63,668 nt of DNA, filler included, from Chrysochromulina tobinii (GCA_001275005.1; 8 parts of 8 records of this genome joined end to end with filler, not necessarily neighbours in it); one strand, 5' to 3'. Shown: positions 11,116-21,999, numbered from the whole stretch's first letter. Notes: generated from the letters alone by a model not told the origin. Numbers and translations: made by a program.

Positions 11116-14100
11116 TCAGTTGCTCGCCTCTTGTGTGAAGCGCGAGCGGATGTCGCGCAACAATGCCTTCGCCTCCTCCTTCTCCTGACCCCCGAAGTCG
11201 AGGAGCCGTGAGGCGTACCTGAGGCAATTAGAGGCAATTAGAGGCAATTAGAGGCAATTAGAGGCAATTAGAGGAGCCGTGAGGCGTACCTGAGGAGGCA
11301 ATCAGGAGGCAATCAGCGCTCATCAGTACCCATCACAAGGCTCGTCGCGGCGACACGTACTATTGGGCCTCTTGGAGTTCATACTGAGGTCATCAGAGGT
11401 CATCAGAGTTCATCAGAGTTCATCAGAGTTCATCAGAGGTCATCAGAGGTCATCAGAGGTCATCAGAGGTCATCAGACGTACTGTTGGGCCTCTTGGAGG
11501 TCGCCTGTGTCTTTGCAGTGGTTGGCGAGGAAGAGGAGGGCCTCCTGCGAGCGGTCATCAGTGGTCATCAGTGGTCATCAGAGGTCATCAGTGGTCATCA
11601 GTACCTGTGTGTCGGGGCCCGAGAGCTCCTTAGAGGCAATTAGCGGAAATTAGAGGCAATCAGAGGCAATCAGAGGCAATTAGAGGCAATCAGAGGCAAT
11701 TAGAGGCAGTACCTGTGTGTCGGGGCCCGAGAGCTCCTGCAGCTCGCGCAGCCGGAGCATCGTGCGGTAGTAGTGCGCGGCCTCGCCGCGCGCCTGTGGA
11801 GTACCTGTGGGGAGAGGGACCGGAGCGCCGTGATGAGCACTTGCATAAGGGGCGCCGTGGTGAGCACTTGCATGCAGGCGTGGTCGGTTAAGGTTCGGGA
11901 TCGGGTGAGTGCCTTGGTCTTTGAAGAGTCGTGCGAGCTCCGCGAAGGCGATGCCTTCGCGATCGCCGCTGGTCTCTGCGCGTTGATAGCACTTGATGGC
12001 CTCCGTAGTGCGCCCGAGGTGCTTGTAGCAGCCAGCCATCGCACACCACATGCGCGCGTCGTACGGCCGCAGCGCGGTCGCCTTGCGGTAATAGTAGAGG
12101 GCATAGTAGTACATGGTGAGGATCTCGTAGGTCTGGCCTAGGCCGTACCTGCCATGAGTGAGGGTAATGAGGATCATTAGGGTAATGAGCTGCATTAGGA
12201 TGGCCATCGGAAACAAGCTCGAGGGTAATGAGGATCATTAGGGTAATGGGGATCATTTGGGTAATGAGCCGCCGTAGAATGGAATCGGAGCATGTAATGA
12301 GCCGCCGTAGAATGGAATCGGAGCATAAGGTAATGAGGATCATTAGGGTAATGAGCTGCATTAGGATGGCCATCGGAAACAAGCTCGAGGGCGCTCTTCG
12401 AGGCGCCGTACCAAGCGCGGTAGTCCTTCGGGTTGATGTCGACTGCATGCCGGTACGCGTCCACGGCCGCCGCCGTATTCTTAAGCTCCACGAACTCGTG
12501 ACCCATCAGCGTCCACGCGGAGAGGAAATGGCGATTGAGTTTGAGCGCGCGCCGGAAGTACGTGACCGCCTTCTCGTGCTCCGCCTTGAGCGAGTAGTAG
12601 TTGCCGATCACGCAGCAGGTCTCGGGCCGGTACCTGCAAGGAGGGCCATTATTGCAAGGAGGGCCATCAGGGCGATAGAAGAGGGCATAGGATTCATCAC
12701 GGTATTTCGGGCGATGCGTGCAATGCTGGCGATGCGCGCAATGAGTGCGATTAGGGCCATAGAGCAGGGCTCTTAGGGCAATGAGGGCCATGAGGGCCAT
12801 GAGGGCCATACAAGAGGGCTCAGTAGTCATCGCGCAGCAGGTCTCGGGTGGCGTACTTGTCAATGGAGACGCAGGCTTGGGCGAGGGCCGACAGCGATCG
12901 TTTCGACTCCTTCACGTAAAGGATGTTCGAGTAGGTGTCGACCTGGTCGAGCCGGTAGGGGTCGCGGCGGTAAGGGTACTCATAGTTAATCATAGGTACT
13001 CATAGGTACTCAAAGGTACTCATAGGTACTCATAGTTAATCATAGGTAATCATCGACCTGGTCGAGCCGGTAGGGGTCGCGCTTCAGGAGCGCCTCAAAC
13101 CCGATCTGTGCGTCGTCGAACTCGCGCAGATTGTATTTCGCGTGCGCGAGCTGGCACTGCACGTAAGGCGAGTTTGGGAAGAGAGGCAGCAGCTGCTCGT
13201 ACCTGTGCAATCAGGCGCAGTCATGTGTAATTAGGTGCAATCAGGCGCAGTCATGTGTAATTAGGTGTAATCAGGCGCAATCAGTGTAATTTGGCGCAAT
13301 CAGGCGCAATCAGGCGCAACCATCCGTGCAATCAGGCGCAGACAGGCGCAATCAGGTGCAGACAGGCGCAACCAGGCGCAATCGTCCGTACCGATGCGTG
13401 CTCAGCATGAGGGAGGCAGGGAGCGAGGCAGGGAGCGAGGCAGGGAGCTAGACGCACTGCTGGATCGCGAGCAGATTCTGCTGAGCCTCGAGCGAGGTGT
13501 GCGCACGGAAGAAGGCAACCATCCAGTGCTGGGCGACGTGCTCCGGCAGCTCGAGCGTCGAGATCGCCTCCGGCCCGCTCAGGCACGATGCGAGTTCCGT
13601 CCAGGCCGACCAGAAGCAGGGGCACCTTGCCGCCGAAAGCTTGAACTGCTCAAGGGCCTGGGGAGGCCGCTGAAGGTCGCGCATGCAGAGGCCGTAGACG
13701 TAGTGGCCGAAGCCATCGAGGCGGCCGGCCTGCGCCTCGACCCCCAGCTCGTTGCTCAGCAGCGTGAGCTGCTCGTTCACCGCACGCGGCTTGCCGGTTG
13801 GCACCACCGACGTGCCGCCTCCGCTCTCCTCGAGGACACGTTCATCCTTGCGCTTCTCTCCAGCGAGGAAGAGCGAGTACCAGCGGAGGAAGCGGCCGCG
13901 TGGCGCGCGTGCGCCTCGAAGCGTGTGCGCCGCGCGCAGGAACTCGTTCGAGTCAAAGTACGCCTTGGCGAGCAGCACGACGTCCGCCTCCTCCTCAGTC
14001 TCCTCGTCGGCCTCCTCGTCGGCCGCGGCGGACGCCGTCGCGGCTGCAGGCATCTCCTGGTCGTCGGCCGGCAGTTGCGACGCCGGGCGCAGCCCAACCA

Positions 14101-14346
14101 GCTGCTCCGCCGCCCACTTGCTGCTGCATCGTAGGCCGCGGTCGCTGCACTGCCGCACGGCGAGCCTGCGAGGCGCCCGCCAACGGTAGGCGCGCACGTG
14201 AGAGACGCAGCGTGCAAGAGGCTTTGGCAGCGCGCGTGTGCAGTGGCAGCGGCAGCGCAGCCGAGAGTAGGGCTCATCGCGGACCTGAGCTCCTGGCGTG
14301 CGCGCCCGACAGAGAGACTCAGCGCTGGGAGCGCCTCCGACGACAT
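11116..14346 (-). CDS. CDC23: Anaphase-promoting complex subunit 8 (CDC23), 9 exons
   Basis: Exons 14346-14285, 14165-13458, 13202-13058, 12942-12857, 12633-12412, 12148-11913, 11804-11713, 11544-11483, 11218-11116. Motifs: [99 protein letters not shown]. Confidence 0.95.
11221..11708 (-). repeat. Intronic decamer arrays (sense CTAATTGCCT / CTGATGACCT) in the last two CDC23 introns
   Basis: Tandem GAGGCAATTA, CATCAGAGGT and GAGGCAATCA units on the + strand. Confidence 0.95.
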
Positions 14347-14924
14347 CCTCGGCGTCCTCAAATTGCGTCTGCAATCAGATGCACATAGGGGGAGTGCAGT
14401 CGGTCAAGACAGTTCAACTGTCAGTAAGACCGTTGTTTCGCCCAAACACAGGGCCGAGCGGCGGGGCGCGGTCAACTCACGGTGCGCCCACGGCCACGCT
14501 TTCGGGGTTTTGCGCATTTTGGGGTTTTTTATTTTTGCGTGCCACCTCCTTGCGGGCATGGCCACCGTCGTCAAGCAAGCAAGCAAGCAAGCAAGCAATG
14601 TGTTTCGACTAATTAGCTTGCTTGCTTGTTACCGTCGTCAGTGGACCGGTGCCGAGTCGTGAACTTTAGGGATCGTAAACGAACCGTAAAAATCACCACT
14701 CAAGACTCATTTAGCGAAAAAGTATAGTATGTGCCGCGTTATCCTTCGAATCGTTATGAGTGTGGGTTAAGTGTGCTGGGCAGATCGAGTGCCTATCGAG
14801 AGCGCGGACCGCCGGGTGCCGGCACCACTCGCTTACAACCATACATGTATGCGTCACATATGCATCCAACCATCTAACAATCATGGACGAAGGACGACAA
14901 TCGACAATCGACATTCGTCTTCCA

Positions 14925-15689
14925 TCATGTGAAGGGGGGAGGCTGAGCTGAAGTCGGTCGGCTCCCCTCGGCGGTATTTTGTGGTGGCGGCCTCCCAAAG
15001 ACCCTCGGGTCAAGGCGCGACTGGCGGGGTCGTGCAGCCGGCACTCGCGACCGTTGCGGCGCAATCGGCACCACTGGTTGCTCCGGCGACGAGTCGGCGG
15101 CTGCGTCGAAGTCAGCCTCGAGAGAGGCGAGCGCTCGCGTGCTACGGTTGCCACTGCCAGGGCTGCCAGGGCTGCCAGCGCCAATGCCCGCGCCCATGTC
15201 GTCGGGGGCCGCCGAGTCGCCGCGCGGCACCTTGATGCTGAGGTCGCGCGGGGCGAGCTGTAGGTTGATCGCCTTGATCGCTAAAAGCTCGAGCTGCCCG
15301 CCGATGGTTTCCACAGTGACAGTGTAACGGCCGTTCGCCGCCTTGAACTCCGTCGCGTCGCCTTCGCGCCCGTTGAGCTCTGCCCGCCCCTGCAGGCCGC
15401 TGATCAGCACGCGCCTGCCTACGAGCGCGCCCGCAGCCGCGGCAGCCCTCGCCCCTGGAGATTGAGGAGGAGGCTTCCACGGCTTGGGAGGCGGCGGCGG
15501 CGGCGGCGGCGGCTCCGAGTCAAACTCCTCGACCTCGTCAAAGTCCGGAGCCGAGGCGGGCGCGTTGAAGATGGGGTTGGGGACCCCATCCTGGTTGAAG
15601 ACGACGCGCTGGCCGCCGCGCTTGCCCTTCAGGTAGAAGTAGAAGAAGACGATCCCCGCGCAGCAGAGACAAAGGAGCAGCAGCAGGAA
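14925..15689 (-). CDS. Membrane protein with C-terminal 'GLQGRAELNG' SH3/KOW-like module, 5'-partial
   Basis: Frame is open from the spacer: TM segment FLLLLLCLCCAGIVFFYFYL, Pro linker, then VGRRVLISGLQGRAELNGREG....F....GRYTV. Confidence 0.6.
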   Translation of the reverse strand, partial: FLLLLLCLCCAGIVFFYFYLKGKRGGQRVVFNQDGVPNPIFNAPASAPDFDEVEEFDSEPPPPPPPPPKPWKPPPQSPGARAAAAAGALVGRRVLISGLQGRAELNGREGDATEFKAANGRYTVTVETIGGQLELLAIKAINLQLAPRDLSIKVPRGDSAAPDDMGAGIGAGSPGSPGSGNRSTRALASLEADFDAAADSSPEQPVVPIAPQRSRVPAARPRQSRLDPRVFGRPPPQNTAEGSRPTSAQPPPFT

Positions 15690-15789
15690 NNNNNNNNNNN
15701 NNNNNNNNNNNNNNNNNNNNNNNNNNNNNNNNNTTAATTAATTAANNNNNNNNNNNNNNNNNNNNNNNNNNNNNNNNNNNNNNNNNNNN
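15690..15789. other. Artificial contig spacer (N44-TTAATTAATTAA-N44)
   Basis: Identical 100-nt linker with stops in all six frames; occurs 7 times in the window. Confidence 0.99.
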
Positions 15790-18700
15790 CGTTTGGACAG
15801 GGCGCCTATGTCAGGTGCATGAGCGCCGCGTGCACCGCGGCCGTCTCGTCGTCGGCCTCGTCCGCGGGCTCGTCAGGCTCGTCAGGTTCGTCAGGTTCGT
15901 CAGCGGACGCTCGCCTTGTGGCCGTGTACACGCACGCTTCCTCGGCGGGCGCTCTCGACCAGCGCTCCATCTTCGCCATCCTGCGCAACGGGACGCGCCT
16001 CACCTACCTCGCAAACAAAGTGTCGACGGTTCGTGTCGGGAGGCCGATGAACGCCGAGACCGGAGCCGGTGGCGGCTACTCGTTCCGCAACCCGCCCAAG
16101 TTCCACTCATTTCTCCGTCCGTCGATCCGAGACGCGGCGTACGAAACTGAGGCGCTGCTTGAGCACCTCTTCTACCACAAGAACGTGGCGCCCTTTATGG
16201 CGCGCCGACTGATCCAGCGCATGGTAATGGCCTCGGATGGCCTCGGATGGCCTCGGATGGCCTCGGATGGCCTCGGATGGCCACTGATGGCCTCGGATGG
16301 CCTCGGATGGCCTCGGATGGCCTCGGATGGCCTCGGATGGCCTCGGATGGCCTCGGATGGCCTCGGATTGTCTCTGATTGCCAATGGCCTCTGATCCAGC
16401 GCATGGACCTAGCGCCGTGGTGAGCACATGGACCCAGCTCCAACCCGTCGCCCGCATTGAAGAAATCACCCCGGAGCCACCCCCCCCCTCCCCCAACAGG
16501 TCTCCTCCAACCCGTCGCCGCGCTACGTGGGCGTCGTCGCGCGCGCGTTTAAGCAAGGTGCGTACGGCGGCACGATCTACAGACATGCAAGTGCTCACCA
16601 CGGCGCCCGCCCTCTTCACAGGTGCATACGGTGGCACGACCTACGGCGCTCACTACGGCGACCTCGGCGCGACGTTCGCAGCAATCCTTCTCGATCGCGA
16701 GGCGCGCTCACTCACGCTCGACATGGATCCCATCCACGGACAGCTGCGCGAGCCCTTGCTCAAGGTCTGATGAGATCTGATGAGATCTGATGAGATCTGA
16801 TGAGATCTGATGAGATCTGATGAGATCGCGAGCCCTTGCTCAAGGTCTGATGAGATCTGATGAGATCTGATGAGATCTGATGAGATCTGATGAGATCTGA
16901 TGAGATCTGATGAGATCGCGAGCCCTTGCTCAAGGTCTGATGAGCTCTGATGGCCTCTGATGTTGACTGAGTGCGACTGAGTGCGACTGAGTGCGACTGA
17001 GTGCGACTGAGTGCGGCTGATTGCCCTTGCTCAAGGTCAGCCGCATCCCTATCCCGAACCCTACCCTGAGCCCTTGCCACAGGTGTACCACATCCTGCGC
17101 ACGCTCGGCTTCGGGAGCAACGGCAAGGGCTACCTGCATGACATCGTAACTGCCGGCTCGATAGGCCAGCAGCACATGAAGGCGCCCACGGTCTTCAACT
17201 TTTACGATCCGCTCTACCAGCCGCCTGGTGCCGTGGCCGAGGTACAGCTCTCGCGGCCTTGATTACCTTGATTACCTTCATCAGAGGCCGAGGTACAGCT
17301 CTCGCGGCCTTGATTACCTTGATTACCTTGATTACCTCGATTAGAGGCCGAGGTACAGCTCGTCTCGCCCGAGCTGCCGCCCGCACTCGCATGCAAGTGC
17401 CCACTACGGCGCCTCGTGCTCGCCCCTCTCCGCCCAGGCACAGCTCGTCTCGCCCGAGGCGCAGCTCGGTACGGGGCCAAACATGGTCGGCTTCCTCAAC
17501 GTGATGACGGGCGTCATCAGGGCTGGCTCGAGCGGCCAGGCCTGGGTGTGGAATGGAATGACGTCCTACCTGCCCATCCACCCAGCCAACAGCTCGGCCA
17601 CGATCGACGAGCTCGAGCTTCTTCTCACTGGCGGCCGGTTGGCCGCGCCCGCCCGCGCCCTCATCAAGGCGCGCTACGAGCAAAAGCTCGCGAGCACCGG
17701 CGGCAACGCTGCAGAAGCGGTGCGAGTCGCGCCTTGATTGCATCTGATACGCCGTTGATTGAGCCTCCCTAATTAGATGCGAGAGTCGCCTAAGAGCTGA
17801 TGACACTTGATTGCATCTGATGCGCCGTTGATTGAGCCTCCCTAATCAGGTGCGAGTCGCCCAAGAGCTCTTCCTCTTTGCGTCCGAGTTCCACGCGAGC
17901 AATTACGTTCAGGAGCGCGCCGTGCCACGCACCGCGCTGCCCGAGATCCCTTCGCAGAACCGGCCGTACAAGGCCATCGTGTACCTGTGGCTTGATGGCG
18001 GCGCCGATACGTGGAACCTGCTCGTGCCGCATAGCCAGTGCACCGGCGGCGTCGATCTGTACAACGAGTACGCGCACCTTGATGACTCCTGATTGCCTCC
18101 CTGATAACGTCGATGACCGCCGAGGGCGTGAGCGCCTCGGATCATGACGATGGCCTGATTGCCTCCCTAATTTGGCATCGATCTCGAGCATGCGACGACG
18201 TTGCACTTTGGCCACTTGAGGGCATTTGAGTGGCCTCTGATGAGCGATGACGACCTCGTCCCTAATTAGGTACGCGGCCGTGCGCGGCGCGAACGCGCTG
18301 CCAAAGTCGACCCAATTGCCCATCGATGTGCCCGCGACCGACGACCAGCCGTGCACCAAGTTTGCGATCCATCACAAGATGACCGCTCTCAAGGCGGCGT
18401 ACGACGCCGCCGACGCAGTCCTGCTTGCCAACATTGGACCCCTCATCCAGCCGTTGGACCTCCAGAGCTATAACAACGGCGCGCCACGCCCGCCGTCGCT
18501 CTTCGCTCACAATCTGCAGACGACCGTCTCGCAGAATGTGCATGCGCAAAACTCCGCCTCCGCGCGGGGTGTGCTCGGGCGCATCCAGCGCGTGCTCGAG
18601 GGCGACCAACCGTCCGGCGAGTTGCCCCACCGCGTGCGCTCGTACTCGATCGCGGGCAACGCCAAGGTGCTCGAAGGCTCGATCTCGGCGCCCGAGATCC

Positions 18701-20519
18701 TCTCATTGCTTGATGGCCTCTGATGGCCTCTGATGGTCTCCCTCATCAGGTGCTCGAAGGCTCGATCTCGGCGCCCGAGATCCTCTCCGCCGATGGACCG
18801 GTCCGTTTGAGCCGTTACGCGGCCTTACAGTCGGACGTGTCCGAGCTGGCCGGTTCGGAGGCGGCGTCCATCTACGCGGAGACTTACGGCGGCGTCCTTG
18901 AACGCTCGATCGAGTCGGCAGAGGACCTGAAGCGCGCGCTCGACAACCCGATCGCGGCGCTCTCGACGACCTTTGGATCCGATGTGGTCTCGAGGCAGCT
19001 CCAGCAGGTGGCTATGACCTCTGATGACCTCTGAGGACCTCTGAGGACCTCTGAGGACCTCTGAGGACCTCTGAGGACCTCTGAGGACCTTGCATGACCT
19101 TGCATGACCTTGCATGCAGCGCGATCTGATCGGTTACCTTGCATGCAGCGCGATCTGAGCGGTTCCGTCCCCCTCGCCTCCGCTCAGGTCGCCAAGATTA
19201 TCGGGGCGCGTTCCATATTAGGTAACGAGCGCGAGATCTTCTTCATCTCATACGGAGGGTGGGACTCGCACTTCGCGGGCGACTACGACGTCGCCAAAAA
19301 GTGGCAGGACGTGAACGCGGGCCTCACGAGCTTCGTCACCGAGATGAAGGCTCAGGGCATCTGGGACAACGTCACGTTCACGATGGCGTCCGAATTCGGT
19401 CGCACGATCGACTCCAACGGCGGAGGTACAGACCACGGCTGGGGCGGCCACTCGTTTGTGATGGGCGGCTCAATCAAGGGCGGCCACATCCTCGGCAAGT
19501 ATCCGAGCACCTACAGCCAGAGCAGCCCGATCCGTCTCCATCGCACCTTCATCCCGACCCTCAGCCACGAGGCGCTATGGCACGGCCTGGCCCAGTGGAT
19601 GGGTGTCGAGGACGCCGTGATGACCAATGTGCTCCCAAACCTCCGCAAGTTCACCAGCGAATGTTCGCCCGGCTTCCCCGGCTGCATCATCCTCACACAG
19701 GTACGTTGATTGCCCCTGATGACCTGCCTTGCATGCAAGTGCTCACCACAGCGCTTCCCCGGCTGCATCATCCTCTCACAGAACATGCTCTTCGACGGAG
19801 CTGCCGGCCCAAGCCCGCCGCCCCAACCACCGCCGTCGCCACCGCCGTCGCCTCCAAAGTCGCCGCCCCCGCCACCCGCGCCGCCCAAGCTTCCCCCCTC
19901 CCCCAGCCTGCCTGTCAGCCGGATCTACTGCCCCGCACCCGGCTTCAACCTCACCACCGACTCGGCAGGCGGCGACAGGTGCGTCGGCTGCTGCTCCTCT
20001 CTGAGGGCCTCTGAGGGCCTCTGATGACCTCTGATTGCGCCACTCATCAGGTGCGTCGGCTGCTGCTCCTCTTCGAATTGGACGTTTCCGATCGGCTGCG
20101 CCGACTCACTGTACATCATCCCTGACCTCAACGGTCTCTACAACGGCGTCAACGTGCGGATGCCGCGCGTGATCAAGTCGCCGTGCTACCACGACGTTGG
20201 CTCGTCGGTCGCCTGGGGCGCCTACGTCGAACGATGCGACATCAACTGGGTCGAGGGCAGCCCCGCACGCCACGCGACGACGGTGCTGTACAAGAGCACG
20301 GGCGAGGAGGTGACCGTGCTGCGCGTCATCAATTTCGGCACGACATACGTGCGTTTCCTCTGCAACGCCGCATCGAGCTGCGCCTCGGCGCTCTACACGA
20401 CGGGCGACACGATCAAGGTCAGGTACCCGAGTCCGATTCAGCCGCGGTCGGTCTTCCCCAACACGAACACGCCATGCGCCATCGGCCTCGGAGTACCGCC
20501 GTCAATGCCGCCCGTTTGA
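15790..20519 (+). CDS. DUF1800-DUF1501 fusion protein with Pro linker and Cys-rich C-terminal domain, 5'-partial, 10 introns
   Basis: Introns 16224-16499, 16558-16621, 16765-17082, 17242-17437, 17720-17849, 18068-18269, 18667-18749, 19008-19187, 19701-19781, 19979-20050. DUF1800-type motifs: LFYHKNVAPF.ARRLIQRMVSSNPSPRYV, GDLGATFAAILLDREAR, GQLREPLLK, APTVFNFY. DUF1501-type motifs: KAIVYLWLDGGADTWNLLVP, LFAHNLQ, GGWDSH, SEFGRTIDSNGGGTDHGWGGHSFVMGG. Confidence 0.88.
16226..16390 (+). repeat. Intronic decamer array (CCTCGGATGG)n
   Basis: About 14 tandem units directly after the GTAATG donor. Confidence 0.95.
16765..17040 (+). repeat. Intronic arrays (CTGATGAGAT)n and (CTGAGTGCGA)n with repeated copies of the exon end and donor
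   Basis: CGCGAGCCCTTGCTCAAGGTC recurs at 16747, 16827 and 16917, and partially at ~17023. Confidence 0.95.
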
Positions 20520-21085
20520 AGCATCAGATTCGTCAATGCCGCCCTTTTGAAGCATCACGAATCTGAAAGCTCATGAAGAGTACTGAAGCATCATCCGCAC
20601 AATGATCATGCTTTATGGGCAGCTCTCAGCTGCACAGTAACACAGTAAGTAAAGTGAAGCAAAGCTGGACCAGCGGTGTGGTGACGTGTAGCTGGGCATG
20701 CAGTGTGTGGTCATCCCGAGGCAGGAATTGGTGTGCACTGTTGCCTGAGGCAGATTGATATGCACACTCTGTTGCCTGAGGAGGTCCGAGCGGACCGGTA
20801 CATTGTTCACCTGTCGTGTGGCAAGGCCAAAGACATGCGAAAGCATACGATGCGGGCGAGCCGGAATGTATTCATGTTTTACGTCTAGAAATATCATTCA
20901 CCACCGAGAGACACAGCGCGCGCGCGCGCGCACGACATACACGAGTCTTTCACTTCCGTTCACACTAGACACTTGTCGCACAACAGTCGCCACCTCTGTC
21001 TCATTCTTCGCTTATGCCCTTTGGTTTTACAAATGTATTAGGAAGTATTACTAAATGCCGCACATCCACATCGCCGCCATGATTC

Positions 21086-21999
21086 TCAACGTGATGAGGC
21101 GCCCTCGAGCGCCTCGATCGCCGTCTTCACCGCGGACACCAGCTGCGACGCCTCCGCCTCGTCCCGTGGGCCATCGCGGCGCCACCGATCGTCGTCGAGG
21201 TGGCTCGCGGCATTCCTCCAAATGCGAAGCGAGTGCAGCCGATCTTTCAGGTCGGCCCGCATGCCACACTCGCGATGCCAATAGTTGATGCGCTCCTCAA
21301 AGCCCTCGGGCGCCTTCGCCGCCCTTGCTGCGTAAATGGCGTCGAGTCGAGGCATCAGGTTGCTGAACGCGAGCAGCATATTGTCCTTGATGCCCTTGTG
21401 CGCATCGGAGCCCTTGCGCGTTTCGCGTACTTGCATCGAGAGCGGCGAGGGCACGTAGCCAGCCGCCGAGCTCGCGGGTCGTTCCGAGCTTGAAAGCACC
21501 GAGCCGTCGAGCGCGCCCTGGCCACTGCCTCTGCTGCCATCTTTATCCACCAGGCTCGTCAGCGTCGCCAGCGCGGCGGACACCGGGAGCCTCTTCCGCT
21601 CCTTGTCGTGGCAAAGACCTGACACGGCAGACTGGACGACGTCCTTGATCGTCGTCGCCACACGCGGGGGCCAGTCCGCCCCGACGTCGGCGAGCTTCTC
21701 GGCGTCGATCTCGGCGAAATCGAGCTCAAACTCCTCTTCGCACTTGTTGATGATCTTTAGAGGCGAGCGGCCAGTCAGCGCCACGAGCAGCGTGATGCCC
21801 AGCGCCCAGCCATCCGTCACAGCTGAGTACGCGCCGCCTGCCGAAACGCTCGGGTCCAGATAGCCGAGGGTGAGGTAGAGCGCATTCGACGCGCTCTTCA
21901 TCTTCGACGCCTCGGGCCCGGCGTCCATCTTGGCGAAGCCCGTGTCCGCGAGGTAGGCGTTGAGCTCGTCGTCGAGCAGGATGTTCTCGGGCTTGAAGT
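21086..21999 (-). CDS. IRAK/Pelle-like protein kinase (C-lobe, 5'-partial) with C-terminal HEPN-like domain
   Basis: Frame is open from the spacer: (D)FKPENILLDDELNAYLADTGFAK...TLGYLDP...DGWALGITLLVALTGR. C-terminal helical domain contains LHSLRIWRNAASH. Confidence 0.85.

Noticed and set aside
13448..14374. CDC23 start at 14374 as given in the ORF track
   Set aside because: That frame includes intron 14166-14284. The conserved N-terminus (ELR.AVRQ) is obtained from the ATG at 14346; TTGCAG at ~14370 looks like a 5'-UTR intron acceptor.
16107..16637. ORFs with [25 protein letters not shown] or MQVLTTA peptides as a repeat-protein family
   Set aside because: They are translations of intronic decamer arrays and of the shared intron cassette.
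16747..17040. Repeat-spacer-like pattern suggesting a CRISPR array (also 53513-53830 and 51516-51594)
   Set aside because: The 'spacers' are tandem decamers or identical units, the 'repeats' are copies of exon ends, the context is eukaryotic and no cas genes are present.
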